DNA of 54,611 nt from an uncultured Candidatus Saccharibacteria bacterium (GTDB lineage: Bacteria; Patescibacteriota; Minisyncoccia; Phycocordibacterales; UBA5272). Positions 1-9,198 of this stretch are shown one piece after another (position 1 is the stretch's first letter; each line of letters opens with the position of its first letter). Where the stretch lies: contig CAYWTC010000001.1 in the NCBI GenBank assembly GCA_964461165.1, positions 1 to 54,611 on the forward strand, written 5' to 3'. A model generated the notes under the pieces. It was not told where the DNA came from. It did no database searches and worked only from the letters and a program-made list of their open reading frames with translations. A program made the translations under genes and the position numbers.

Positions 1-228
1 GTGCTATTTTGGATAAAAATAAGGTGTACTACCCAGATGAAGCTCGTGCGCAGGCATCCGGACGGACATTATCAAAACTTTGCAAGTAAACTACCGTTAT
101 CCACTTTGCTGTGTGCTTGTTTACACCTACACTGTATCTATATGGCAAAAGGAAATCATTCACAACGAAAAGAAGCAAAGAAGCCTAAGAAGGTAACAAA
201 ATAAACCCAACAGGGGTACTGCAAACTC

Positions 229-237
229 TGGTATAAT
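229..237 (+). promoter_or_regulatory. extended -10 promoter element (TGGTATAAT) of HD-domain gene
   Basis: Perfect TGnTATAAT. The ATG at 236 lies inside it; the next in-frame ATG (245) is 7 nt downstream. No SD is visible. Confidence 0.5.
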
Positions 238-808
238 GAGCCGCATGATAGTATCTCCGCGGTTACGTTATGCTCTAGAAGAGGCATCACGTCTTCACAG
301 ACACCAAACACGAAAAGATGCACTGCACACGCCGTACATAAGCCACCTTGTTGGCGTTATGCTTATTTTGTCATCTGTAACAGACGATGAGGATATTCTT
401 ATCGCTGGACTATTGCATGACAGTCTTGAAGACGTACCAGAGTACACCGAAGATCTCCTCCGAGACGCGTTTGGCGACAGAGTAACCTCAATTGTCATGA
501 CCGTCACCGAAATAGGTAAGCTTCACGATGTCTATACACCATGGAAACAGGAAAAGGACATCTATTTACAGCAGCTTGACGCGGGAAGCGATGAGGCATT
601 ACTTGTCTCCCTTGCGGACAAAATCCACAATGCAGAAAGTTGCACCGTCGATGCACGACAACAAGGAAACTCGCTTGACGGTGAACGTTTTACTTCTTCA
701 CCAGATGAAAGGATGTGGTTATATACTGAGGTGTACAATCGGGGACGCACACGACTAGGGGACGACCACGCTCTCGTCAAGATGCTACACACGACAATTA
801 CGAGATAA
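236..808 (+). CDS. HD-domain metal-dependent phosphohydrolase (RelA/SpoT-hydrolase-like)
   Basis: 190-aa ORF with an HD-superfamily signature (SHLVGV ... LLHDSLEDV). An alternative start at 245 is possible. Confidence 0.75.
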   Translation: MSRMIVSPRLRYALEEASRLHRHQTRKDALHTPYISHLVGVMLILSSVTDDEDILIAGLLHDSLEDVPEYTEDLLRDAFGDRVTSIVMTVTEIGKLHDVYTPWKQEKDIYLQQLDAGSDEALLVSLADKIHNAESCTVDARQQGNSLDGERFTSSPDERMWLYTEVYNRGRTRLGDDHALVKMLHTTITR

Positions 809-821
809 TCACAACACTACT

Positions 822-1571
822 ATGTTCGAAATCTACTTACCAATTATTGTCTCACTTTTTATTATTGAAGTGCTTTTATCAGTGGACAACGCACTTGTTA
901 ATGCAACACTTGCAGAATCACTCCCAGAACATAAGCGCGCAAAGGCTTTACGTATCGGTATATTACTCGGAGCACTTTTTAGAATTATCGCACTCTTTGC
1001 AGTCTCATATATTATTCAAAATGACTGGATCAAGCTTGCTGGTGGGGCATACCTTGTGTATCTTGCAATTAATCACCTTGGAAAGGTAGTCACCGAGTCT
1101 GGCACAACCATCACCCCAAAGACGACATTTCGGGGTGTCATTATGCAAATAGCGCTTGCGGACATTGTATTTAGTATTGATAACGTCATTTCTGCTGTGT
1201 CATTTTCTGACAACACATACATCGTCATGCTTGGCGTTGGTATAGGCGTGCTCAGCATGCTTTTTATTACGCCAATCCTTTCACGACTGATTCACAAGTA
1301 CAAAGGAATGCCACAAGCAGCATATGCAATCGTAGGCCTCGTGGGAGTAGCACTTATTTGGGAAACAATATCCCACATTCATATTCCTGAATATGTAAAA
1401 TTTGCATGCGTACTTGCCATTGCGATCTTTACTGTATGGTACGAACATAGCCGTCATCTTCGACGTATAAGTACGCCATTTCTTAAAGGTGCTCAATACA
1501 TCATTGCGTTACCGTATGATATATATTACGCACTCCGTCACATGATACGCATGATTATTCAAAAAATATAA
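822..1571 (+). CDS. TerC-family integral membrane protein
   Basis: 249-aa multi-TM ORF with the duplicated TerC-type motif SVDNALVNA / SIDNVISAV. Confidence 0.75.
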   Translation: MFEIYLPIIVSLFIIEVLLSVDNALVNATLAESLPEHKRAKALRIGILLGALFRIIALFAVSYIIQNDWIKLAGGAYLVYLAINHLGKVVTESGTTITPKTTFRGVIMQIALADIVFSIDNVISAVSFSDNTYIVMLGVGIGVLSMLFITPILSRLIHKYKGMPQAAYAIVGLVGVALIWETISHIHIPEYVKFACVLAIAIFTVWYEHSRHLRRISTPFLKGAQYIIALPYDIYYALRHMIRMIIQKI

Positions 1572-1584
1572 GAGGCTTCATCTT

Positions 1585-1593
1585 TGGTATACT
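1585..1593 (+). promoter_or_regulatory. extended -10 element (TGGTATACT) of helicase-nuclease gene
   Basis: TGnTAnnnT lies 8 nt upstream of ATG 1602. No SD. Confidence 0.5.
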
Positions 1594-1601
1594 ATACAGA
1601 C

Positions 1602-4600
1602 ATGGAAGCAACTTTTAAGGACCGCTACAAAGCACTCAACACTGCACAGAAAAGAGCAGTTGATACCACAGACGGTCCTGTGATGGTAGTTGCCGGACCG
1701 GGAAGTGGAAAGACTGAGCTCCTCGCACTTCGCGTCGGTGCAATTTTACAAAATGGTACCGCGAAAGCTTCGAGCATTTTACTGTTAACTTTTACAGAAA
1801 CCGCGGCGCGCAACATGCGTGAGCGTTTAGAGCGACTCATCGGTAGTGACGCGTACCGTGTAGCTATTTACACCTTTCACGGATTTTGCACAGACATTAT
1901 TGGACGATATCCAGAATACTTTTTTGAGGCGACACACTTTCGTCCTGCAAGCACTCTTATACAGAGTGAAATACTTCAACATATTTTTGAACAGCTGCCA
2001 CACAAACATGTTCTTGGAGGGTTCCACCCAGAACGTGGCTACGCATACCTCAAAGAAAGCCAGGGTCGTATTCAGGACATTAAAAAAGGAGGTTTGACCC
2101 CACAACACTTTAAAGAGCTGCTACAAGAAAATGAGCAGGCCTACACATCCTTAAACAAGATTCTTGCACGACACCTTCCAGAGAGAATAGGCAAAGATTC
2201 ATCAATCGCCTACGAAACAATGGCGACGGAATTACAAGCTACGCAAAGCAATCTCGGAAGCATGTATGCCGCCCGCATACGACAGGCGATATCACAAGCA
2301 GAAGAAACCGAGAAAACAACCCCACTCTCTACATGGAAAACTACCTATACAGGTAAAGATGATTCGGGAAATCGTGTATTCAAAGATTTTCTATCGCTGC
2401 CAAAACTTTTTGCACTTGGCGATGTGTATGAGCTATACCAACAAGCTCTTCACAAAGAAGGGTACTTTGACTATGACGACATGATACTTCACGTCGTCGA
2501 AGCGTTACAAAAAAATATACCACTTCGAACTGAATTAGAAGAGCTCTACCAGTACATCATGGTGGACGAGTTCCAGGACACAAACAACGCTCAACTTCTC
2601 CTTGTAAAATCTCTTTCGAGTAATCCCGTTCACGAAGGCAGGCCAAATGTGTGCGTCGTAGGGGATGATGATCAGGCAATTTATAAATTCCAAGGAGCAG
2701 AAATATCAAATATTCTTTCATTTAGAGAACTCTATCGTGACGTAGAAGTTATCGTGCTTACAGAAAATTATCGATCGACGCAAAAGGTGCTTGATTTTGC
2801 ACGAGCAATCGTCACACAAGGTGTGGAACGCCTCGAGACTACCTACACAGAAATACGCAAAGACCTGCGAGCAAAAAACCCACATCTAGAACCTGGCAAC
2901 ATTTACACACAATCATTTAGCTCTCAAGAAGAGGAGTATCTCTACGTGGCACATGAAGTGTCTCGGCTCCTTGCGGCTGGAGTTAGTCACCGCGAGGTAG
3001 CCATTATCGCTCGTGAACACAGACAACTTACAAAGCTTTTACCGTATCTCGATGCACACAGCATAGCCTATACCTACGAACGAAAGGAAAACGTTTTCGA
3101 CGAGCCACACGTACGCGAACTTATTACACTGTGTGATCTCCTAGCTTCAATCAGTGGAACAACTTTTGAAAAGGACTACTTACTTCCGACGATACTTGCC
3201 TTTCCATTTTGGGGTATTGATAGGCTGAGTATTTGGAGAATTGCGGAGCACGCAAAAAGTAGTAATATCTCGTGGCTTGAAACCATGCTCGCGAGTACCG
3301 ATACTCACATTTCAAATATCGCAACATTTTTAATAGAGCTCGGCGTCGCATCTCAAACGACACCACTTGAGATTATTCTTGATAACCTTATAGGGAGCAA
3401 AGAGCATGTACTCATACAAGATTCCGAAGATGACGATGAATACCAAGCGACGCCATACACACTTAACCTTCATACGACGTACAGATCTCCATATAAAGAC
3501 TACTACTTTAACAAAGATCTCTTACAAGATAAGAAAAGTGCCTACATTCACTTTCTGTCATCACTCAGTGAGTTTATAAAGGCGTTGAGAGAGTACAGAG
3601 AATATGAAGTACTCAAAGTGCATGACGTGATGAAGTTCGTACAAATGCATGTTGATTACAATGTCCCGCTAACGAACAAAACGTCATTTGCTCACAATGA
3701 AGAGTCTGTATCCCTCATAACATCTCATGGTGCAAAAGGGCTCGAGTTCGCATATGTGTTCATCGTATCTGTTAATGACGACATTTGGGCAGGTGGACGC
3801 AAAGGTAACAAGCTCACATTCCCAATCAACATACCTCTTGGGAGCGCAGGGGATACCGAGGACGACTTTATACGGCTTTTTTATGTAGCACTTACTCGTG
3901 CACGACACACGCTTTATATCACACACCACGCAAGCATGCTTCGTTTTTTGCAAACAAGTGATCTTCCTGACACTGACACCCCTCTGCTACCCATCGACTC
4001 TCCCGAGCTTCTCGCATCTGGGCTTCACATTTACCATGCGCCACCATTTGCACAGAATGAGCGTGCATTACTACAAAAAGTAATCGAAGGGTACATGCTC
4101 TCGCCAACACACTTGAATAACTTTTTGGACCTCACAAAAGGTGGTCCACTTATGTTCCTCGAACATAATCTCCTACGCTTCCCACAAGCAAAGACGGCGA
4201 GCAGTGTCTATGGAACAGCGATTCACAAAGCATTAGAAGAAGCTCATGTGTACGCTACCACCCACAAGAGTGCACCTCCGCAAGATGCCCTCATAACAAC
4301 ATTTACAAAAGAATTACACCGGGGACGTCTTCAAGATTTTGAAACTACCAAGCTACGAGCTCGTGGAGAAAAAGCTTTGAAACAGTACTATGACCTTAAC
4401 CATACAACATTTAATGGGGCTCACATAGTGGAGCTTAACTTTGCAAAGCAGTCAGTTCACCTTGATGGAGCACTGCTTACCGGAAAGATAGATAAGATAA
4501 TCGACTACGGTGACGGCACCTGGGGAGTGATGGACCTTAAAACAGGAAAGGGGTTTGACGCTTGGGAGCAGTCAGGAATGACTTCGTACGACAACATAAA

Positions 4601-4913
4601 ACTACATCACTATAAACATCAGCTTATGATGTACAAACTTCTCGTAGAAAATTCTCGTGACTACGCTACTCATAGTGTCATACGTGGGTCACTTGAATTT
4701 GTAGAAGAAACAAATGAAACTGGTGGCATACAAGAGCTCGTGCTTCCGCTTACATACAAAGATGCCGCTCATGACCTGGTGCGATTCAAGCAGCTCGTAC
4801 ACGCAGTGTATACAAAAATAACAACGCTTGATTTCCCAGATACAAGTTCATACGAACCAACACTAGAGGGGATACAAGCATTCGAAGATGATCTGATCAA
4901 AGGAGTGGTATAA
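1602..4913 (+). CDS. UvrD/PcrA-type SF1 helicase fused to a C-terminal PD-(D/E)XK nuclease (AddA/RecB-like)
   Basis: Walker A is GPGSGKT. Other helicase motifs are DEFQD, VGDDDQAIYKFQGA and TENYRS. The C-terminal nuclease motifs are GKIDKI, DLKTGK and QLMMYKLL. The ORF track starts at 1584 (TTG); ATG 1602 is preferred. Confidence 0.85.
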   Translation: MEATFKDRYKALNTAQKRAVDTTDGPVMVVAGPGSGKTELLALRVGAILQNGTAKASSILLLTFTETAARNMRERLERLIGSDAYRVAIYTFHGFCTDIIGRYPEYFFEATHFRPASTLIQSEILQHIFEQLPHKHVLGGFHPERGYAYLKESQGRIQDIKKGGLTPQHFKELLQENEQAYTSLNKILARHLPERIGKDSSIAYETMATELQATQSNLGSMYAARIRQAISQAEETEKTTPLSTWKTTYTGKDDSGNRVFKDFLSLPKLFALGDVYELYQQALHKEGYFDYDDMILHVVEALQKNIPLRTELEELYQYIMVDEFQDTNNAQLLLVKSLSSNPVHEGRPNVCVVGDDDQAIYKFQGAEISNILSFRELYRDVEVIVLTENYRSTQKVLDFARAIVTQGVERLETTYTEIRKDLRAKNPHLEPGNIYTQSFSSQEEEYLYVAHEVSRLLAAGVSHREVAIIAREHRQLTKLLPYLDAHSIAYTYERKENVFDEPHVRELITLCDLLASISGTTFEKDYLLPTILAFPFWGIDRLSIWRIAEHAKSSNISWLETMLASTDTHISNIATFLIELGVASQTTPLEIILDNLIGSKEHVLIQDSEDDDEYQATPYTLNLHTTYRSPYKDYYFNKDLLQDKKSAYIHFLSSLSEFIKALREYREYEVLKVHDVMKFVQMHVDYNVPLTNKTSFAHNEESVSLITSHGAKGLEFAYVFIVSVNDDIWAGGRKGNKLTFPINIPLGSAGDTEDDFIRLFYVALTRARHTLYITHHASMLRFLQTSDLPDTDTPLLPIDSPELLASGLHIYHAPPFAQNERALLQKVIEGYMLSPTHLNNFLDLTKGGPLMFLEHNLLRFPQAKTASSVYGTAIHKALEEAHVYATTHKSAPPQDALITTFTKELHRGRLQDFETTKLRARGEKALKQYYDLNHTTFNGAHIVELNFAKQSVHLDGALLTGKIDKIIDYGDGTWGVMDLKTGKGFDAWEQSGMTSYDNIKLHHYKHQLMMYKLLVENSRDYATHSVIRGSLEFVEETNETGGIQELVLPLTYKDAAHDLVRFKQLVHAVYTKITTLDFPDTSSYEPTLEGIQAFEDDLIKGVV

Positions 4914-4942
4914 AAAGAAAGCAAGGCGCCGTGGCGCCTTGC
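4912..4942 (-). terminator. intrinsic terminator of cassette A (hairpin between convergent genes)
   Basis: Stem gcaaggcgc/gcgccttgc at 4921-4929/4934-4942. The A-run at 4912-4920 gives a U-tract on the minus strand. Confidence 0.6.
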
Positions 4943-4965
4943 GAGAAGGGTATGAACAGTCTTCC

Positions 4966-5331
4966 TCATGCAACCTTCAAATGCATGAGGAAATGGTCTG
5001 GAGGAACCACACCGGTTCTGGACCAGGTGTAGATCTTTGTCGCACCGCCGTGCTCCAGAAAGTCCTTGATAGTGAGAATCCCCACCTCAGCAAGTTTGCG
5101 CACCGTATACGATGACGCAAACACACCGATTCGGACAAGTTGAACGAAAATGTGATTCCAAAGCAACGCGCCCGCGCGGTCCACAGACGCCCTCATCTCT
5201 TTGATTTCAATGAGGGTAAGAGGCGACCACTCGCCTGTGCCAGTGGCAACTGACCAATCTGCAAGCAGCGCCGTCACACGGCCCATAGCAGTGTGAACTG
5301 ATCTCCGAATAGCCAGGTAATCGGCTGTCAT
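4966..5331 (-). CDS. hypothetical protein, 121 aa (GC-rich cassette A, gene 2)
   Basis: AAGGAG (5338-5343) lies 6 nt upstream of ATG 5331. The ORF follows the gene 1 stop by 18 nt. No family recognised. There is a weak helix-hairpin-helix-like stretch, TVRKLAEVGILTIKDFLEHG. Confidence 0.6.
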   Translation of the reverse strand: MTADYLAIRRSVHTAMGRVTALLADWSVATGTGEWSPLTLIEIKEMRASVDRAGALLWNHIFVQLVRIGVFASSYTVRKLAEVGILTIKDFLEHGGATKIYTWSRTGVVPPDHFLMHLKVA

Positions 5332-5348
5332 GACTAACTCCTTTTCTT

Positions 5349-6047
5349 TCAAATGATATTTCTCGTCGCAAGCGGCGACATCGCACGCAGCGCAATATAG
5401 CGCAGCCCTGTGACATGGCCAATGAGGGCAGCAACCTTTTTCTCGGACCTTGCACGCAGCATGTCAGTCACCATAAGGTGGTGACCGTCAGCGAGGCCTT
5501 CAAGCGAGATGTCTTCCAATCCCGGTTGACGCAGCACAAGATGTACCTTGCGCCGCAAGATATCAACCACTGCATCGAGATCATCTTGGTCGGGAGCATT
5601 TGTTTCTGCCTCATTGAGAGCGATCATGGCATGCAAGAGCGCCTGCAAAAGCTTGCTACCTTCCAAGGTTGAGGTTGGCACAACAGAAGCATTCTCGTTG
5701 TGCATTTCAAGCACCACAATTTTGCGCAGGTCGCGACTTGCCGACATGGCCATGCGGACTTGTTGGTACGGAGCATTGATGAAACCACGAAGCGTGGTCA
5801 CACCAACCCCTTGCTCAACCCTTGCCGCAATCAGCTTTGTCATACACCCGGTGAGGGCAATGTCAGATGCCTCACCATTCAAGGCAACATCGCGGGCATC
5901 CGCCATAACCTTGATCAAATCAATGAACTTGCTCACATCAATGAGTCTCATCGTGTTGGACCCTGAAAGCAGGATGAGTGCTTTCTTGATACCCCGATAC
6001 AGCGCAGCTGCAAAAGCCGCGTTTGATCCAATGAACGTCGTTGCCAT
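5349..6047 (-). CDS. hypothetical protein, 232 aa (GC-rich cassette A, gene 1)
   Basis: GGAGG (6052-6056) lies 4 nt upstream of the ATG. The region is GC-rich (36/60 at 5401-5460). No family recognised. Confidence 0.65.
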   Translation of the reverse strand: MATTFIGSNAAFAAALYRGIKKALILLSGSNTMRLIDVSKFIDLIKVMADARDVALNGEASDIALTGCMTKLIAARVEQGVGVTTLRGFINAPYQQVRMAMSASRDLRKIVVLEMHNENASVVPTSTLEGSKLLQALLHAMIALNEAETNAPDQDDLDAVVDILRRKVHLVLRQPGLEDISLEGLADGHHLMVTDMLRARSEKKVAALIGHVTGLRYIALRAMSPLATRNII

Positions 6048-6148
6048 AAGGCCTCCGGATTAGATTAAATGAAATGAAAAAAACAACAAAGAATAGCCAT
6101 ATACAACACTACAACACAATTGTCGTATAGTCAACGTTTTTAATCTCC

Positions 6149-6157
6149 TGATATACT
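6149..6157 (+). promoter_or_regulatory. extended -10 element (TGATATACT) of nuclease gene
   Basis: TGnTAnnnT lies 7 nt upstream of ATG 6165. No SD. Confidence 0.5.
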
Positions 6158-6164
6158 TATCGTC

Positions 6165-7022
6165 ATGGCAGATAAATACACCGCAGTGTGGGTATCACAC
6201 TCATCAATGGGAGACTTTCTTAAGTGTCCACGATTGTACTACTTACACAATATGTACAAAGACCCTCAAACAGGGCGCAAGATGTCTATAGTCACCCCAC
6301 ATATGTCGCTTGGTATCGCAGTACACAATGTGCTCGAGGGCCTTGCAAACTACCCAGCGGGTGAGCGTATGAAAAGGGATCTTCGTGCCACATTTGAAGA
6401 AGAATGGCTACACGTTGCGGGGATACGTGGTGGTTTTACATCAGAGACCGAAGAAGAGACATTTAAACTACGCGGCAAGGAGATGATTAATACCGTCATC
6501 AAAAATCCACGCTTTCTCACCAACAAACGAATTAAACTTCCGAAGGAAAAAATGAACCCAAACTTCTACCTCTCCGAGGACGATAACATCATTCTTAATG
6601 GTCAGGTGGACTGGATAGAATACTTACCTGACGACACACTTCATATTGTAGACTTCAAAACTGGTAAGCATGAAGAAAAAGAAGGTTCACTTCAGCTACC
6701 TATTTATCTCCTCCTCTGTAATGCGCTACAAAAAAGATCTGTCAGCAAAGCAAGTTACTGGTATCTCGAGAGTGATTCTGTGGTAGAGAAAGACTTGCCC
6801 GATATTTCCCAGGCGCGCCACGATGTCTACCAGCTTGCGATTCAAGTCAAAGAAGCTCGTGATAAAAATATATTTATATGTCCACGGGGAGATGCTGGAT
6901 GTATTCACTGCACGCCATATGAAAAAATTCTTCGATGGAGAAAGGATTCGTCGGTTGCCGGGGTAACATCTGTTGGTGTCGGGGGATTTAATCAAGATAT
7001 ATTTGTGGTGAACAATTCGTAA
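6165..7022 (+). CDS. PD-(D/E)XK nuclease, Cas4/AddB-nuclease-domain-like with 4-Cys cluster
   Basis: Nuclease motifs are GQVDWI, IVDFKTGK and QLPIYLL. The Cys pattern is CPRLYY at the N-terminus plus CPRGDAGCIHC at the C-terminus, typical of Fe-S Cas4/AddB nuclease domains. Confidence 0.8.
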   Translation: MADKYTAVWVSHSSMGDFLKCPRLYYLHNMYKDPQTGRKMSIVTPHMSLGIAVHNVLEGLANYPAGERMKRDLRATFEEEWLHVAGIRGGFTSETEEETFKLRGKEMINTVIKNPRFLTNKRIKLPKEKMNPNFYLSEDDNIILNGQVDWIEYLPDDTLHIVDFKTGKHEEKEGSLQLPIYLLLCNALQKRSVSKASYWYLESDSVVEKDLPDISQARHDVYQLAIQVKEARDKNIFICPRGDAGCIHCTPYEKILRWRKDSSVAGVTSVGVGGFNQDIFVVNNS

Positions 7023-7043
7023 AACACCGTGTATACTATATAT

Positions 7044-7448
7044 ATGAACTCACTCATTACATACTCATGGTATTCACAACTTATCAAACCAGACTGGGCA
7101 CCACCAGCATGGATCTTTGGTCCAGTGTGGGGCATTCTCTACACCATCATCGCTATTTCTTTTGGCTATGTGCTGTATCAAGCATGGAAAGGTAAGTTAC
7201 CCACGAAAGCACTGCTACCGTTTGCGCTTAACCTTCTTTGTAATATTGCATTTTCTCCTCTGCAGTTCGGACTTCAAAGCAACATACTAGCTGCGGTCGA
7301 TATCATACTTGTCCTCGGAACCCTTGTATGGTTTATGACGACCATCTGGAACAAATATCGATGGGTTGCACTTGTGAATATTCCTTACCTCCTCTGGGTA
7401 TCCTTTGCGACAGTTCTACAGCTTACTGTTACATATCTTAATTGGTAG
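7044..7448 (+). CDS. tspO: TspO/MBR tryptophan-rich sensory protein
   Basis: Five-TM protein with WYSQLIKPDWAPPAWIFGPVWGILY, characteristic of TspO. TATACT (7032-7037) lies 6 nt upstream of ATG 7044. Confidence 0.8.
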   Translation: MNSLITYSWYSQLIKPDWAPPAWIFGPVWGILYTIIAISFGYVLYQAWKGKLPTKALLPFALNLLCNIAFSPLQFGLQSNILAAVDIILVLGTLVWFMTTIWNKYRWVALVNIPYLLWVSFATVLQLTVTYLNW

Positions 7449-7975
7449 TACCGACGATAACATTCAAGAAAAGCACTCGTGCACGACGGCTTTCGCTGCG
7501 AATTCAAGCACCTGCACATATCACGGTAACGGTACCGAACCGTATCAGCATTGCTACGGCTGAACGTTTTGTTGAGAATCATAGAACGTGGATACAAGAA
7601 CACGTAGAACGTCTTAGTCTGCGAACTACCGTCCACATACCTTCACACACACAAAGTGAGGTCGCGGCGTATAAACAGGAGGCTCTTGTGTATATACAAA
7701 GTCGCCTCGCTCACTTTAACCAGACGTATCATCTTTCGTGGAACAATGTTACGGTAAAATCTTTGCGTTCACGATGGGGGAGCTGTTCGCAGAATAGAAA
7801 TCTATCATTTAGCTACAAGCTTGCTCTTCTTCCGCGTGAACTTGCGGATTATATTATTGTGCATGAATTATGCCACCTCAAAGAGATGAATCATTCACCA
7901 TCGTTTTGGAATCTGGTGGCGATAACACAACCAGAATACAAATCATACAGACAACAACTACGTTATATACACTAA
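7442..7975 (+). CDS. YgjP-like (DUF45/M48-related) metal-dependent hydrolase
   Basis: HELCHLKEMNHSPSFW (HExxH plus a downstream H). The TTG start overlaps the tspO stop. Confidence 0.75.
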   Translation: MVVPTITFKKSTRARRLSLRIQAPAHITVTVPNRISIATAERFVENHRTWIQEHVERLSLRTTVHIPSHTQSEVAAYKQEALVYIQSRLAHFNQTYHLSWNNVTVKSLRSRWGSCSQNRNLSFSYKLALLPRELADYIIVHELCHLKEMNHSPSFWNLVAITQPEYKSYRQQLRYIH

Positions 7976-8059
7976 ACTAGTTTTGCTTATTTTCTAGCAA
8001 TTATGTAGGATAGCGATGGACAATATTGTTCACCTTCTCAACACACAAGGAACTGAATT

Positions 8060-9169
8060 ATGTCAGCATATAGCGCTTCCGGGGTCAACTACCAGCAACT
8101 CGACCCGGCAAAGATCATTTTTCAAAATGCGGCGGCTGCAACCGAGCTGCTCACGAGAATTGAAGCTCTGACGAGGCCGCTCCCGTGGACACGTGGAGAG
8201 AGTTGCTTTCTGCATCGTATCGACGGGAGCGATCTCTGTCTTGCCCATGTACACGAGACACTCGGCACGAAAAACCTCGTGGCAGATGCCATGGAGCTGC
8301 TCACCGGCAGAAACTACTACCACGGCATCGGACAGGACGGTGTGGCCATGGTGGTAAACGACATGATCACCCTCGGGGCTCTGCCGATCTCAGTCGCAAT
8401 GCACCTCTCTGCGGGGTCCTCTGCCTGGTTCAAGGACTTAGACCGGGTTACCAATCTTGCACAAGGGTGGGCGCAAGCCTGTGTGTTCGCAGGAGCTACA
8501 TGGGCAGGCGGCGAAACGCCGGCACTGACAGACATTCTCATGCCAGATGTCTGCGAACTGTCCGGATCAGCTCTCGGTGTGGTGCATGAAGATCACATCA
8601 TGAACCCACTTCATTTAGAGCAGGGGGATGAGATGGTTTTCCTCAGCAACCCCGGCCTCGGAGCGAACGGGTTCACGCTTGCTCGCGAAATTTCATACCT
8701 TCTTGACGAAGGATATCTGACAAAGATCGACAACGATGGCACGACCTACGGCGAAGCCTTGCTCACACCAACGCCAATCTATGTATCTGCGCTGCGCAGC
8801 TTGCAACGTAACGGCCTCAAGCCTGTATATGGCGTCAACGTGACAGGGCACGGCATGTTGAAGCTGATGCGGGCGCCGCAGTCTTTCACCTACCGCGTGA
8901 CCGCTCTCCCAGTGAAAACACCCGCCGTGTTTGAACGTATCCAGGACGCGAAGAAGATTTCCAAAGAAGAAATGTACTCGACGTACAACATGGGTATCGG
9001 ATTCGTATTCTTTGTGAAAAACGGTGAGGCAGGTACCGCAGTAGACCTTCTGGCGAAGGCTGGCTTTGGTGCTTGGCGGGGCGGTTATGTTGGTAGGGCA
9101 GGCACCAAACAGGTAATCATTGAAGAGCTTGGGGTTGTATACAAAGGAGCTCAGCTCAGCATTCGTTAA
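8060..9169 (+). CDS. AIR-synthase (PurM)-related protein (GC-rich cassette B)
   Basis: 369-aa ORF with a PurM-superfamily layout (TLGTKNLVAD, VNDMITLGA, GGETP, NVTGHG, TYNMGIGF). AAGGAA SD lies 7 nt upstream. Region is GC-rich (34/60 at 8341-8400). Confidence 0.7.
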   Translation: MSAYSASGVNYQQLDPAKIIFQNAAAATELLTRIEALTRPLPWTRGESCFLHRIDGSDLCLAHVHETLGTKNLVADAMELLTGRNYYHGIGQDGVAMVVNDMITLGALPISVAMHLSAGSSAWFKDLDRVTNLAQGWAQACVFAGATWAGGETPALTDILMPDVCELSGSALGVVHEDHIMNPLHLEQGDEMVFLSNPGLGANGFTLAREISYLLDEGYLTKIDNDGTTYGEALLTPTPIYVSALRSLQRNGLKPVYGVNVTGHGMLKLMRAPQSFTYRVTALPVKTPAVFERIQDAKKISKEEMYSTYNMGIGFVFFVKNGEAGTAVDLLAKAGFGAWRGGYVGRAGTKQVIIEELGVVYKGAQLSIR

Positions 9170-9198
9170 CGTCAGACCAAGAATCTGACACAGCAAAC

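Noticed and set aside
1-204. 67-aa ORF at the window start. Its last 20 codons form a Lys-rich peptide (MAKGNHSQRKEAKKPKKVTK) with its own ATG at 142.
   Set aside because: The long version is Cys/His/Leu-rich with no protein-like pattern. It also starts at the window edge on an alternative codon. The 20-aa peptide has no SD, no convincing promoter box and no recognisable family. There is not enough support to call a gene.
5207-6063. Overlapping alternative-frame ORFs inside cassette A (5207-5455 minus, 5415-5672 plus, 5548-6063 plus, 5700-5966 plus).
   Set aside because: These are by-products of elevated GC. They lack an SD and cut across the two SD-led, tandem minus-strand ORFs.
8063-9196. 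Antisense and alternative-frame ORFs across the PurM-like gene (for example 8185-8589 plus, 8693-9196 minus).
   Set aside because: The plus-strand 369-aa frame carries the PurM-superfamily motifs. The others are Arg/Cys/His-rich GC artefacts.
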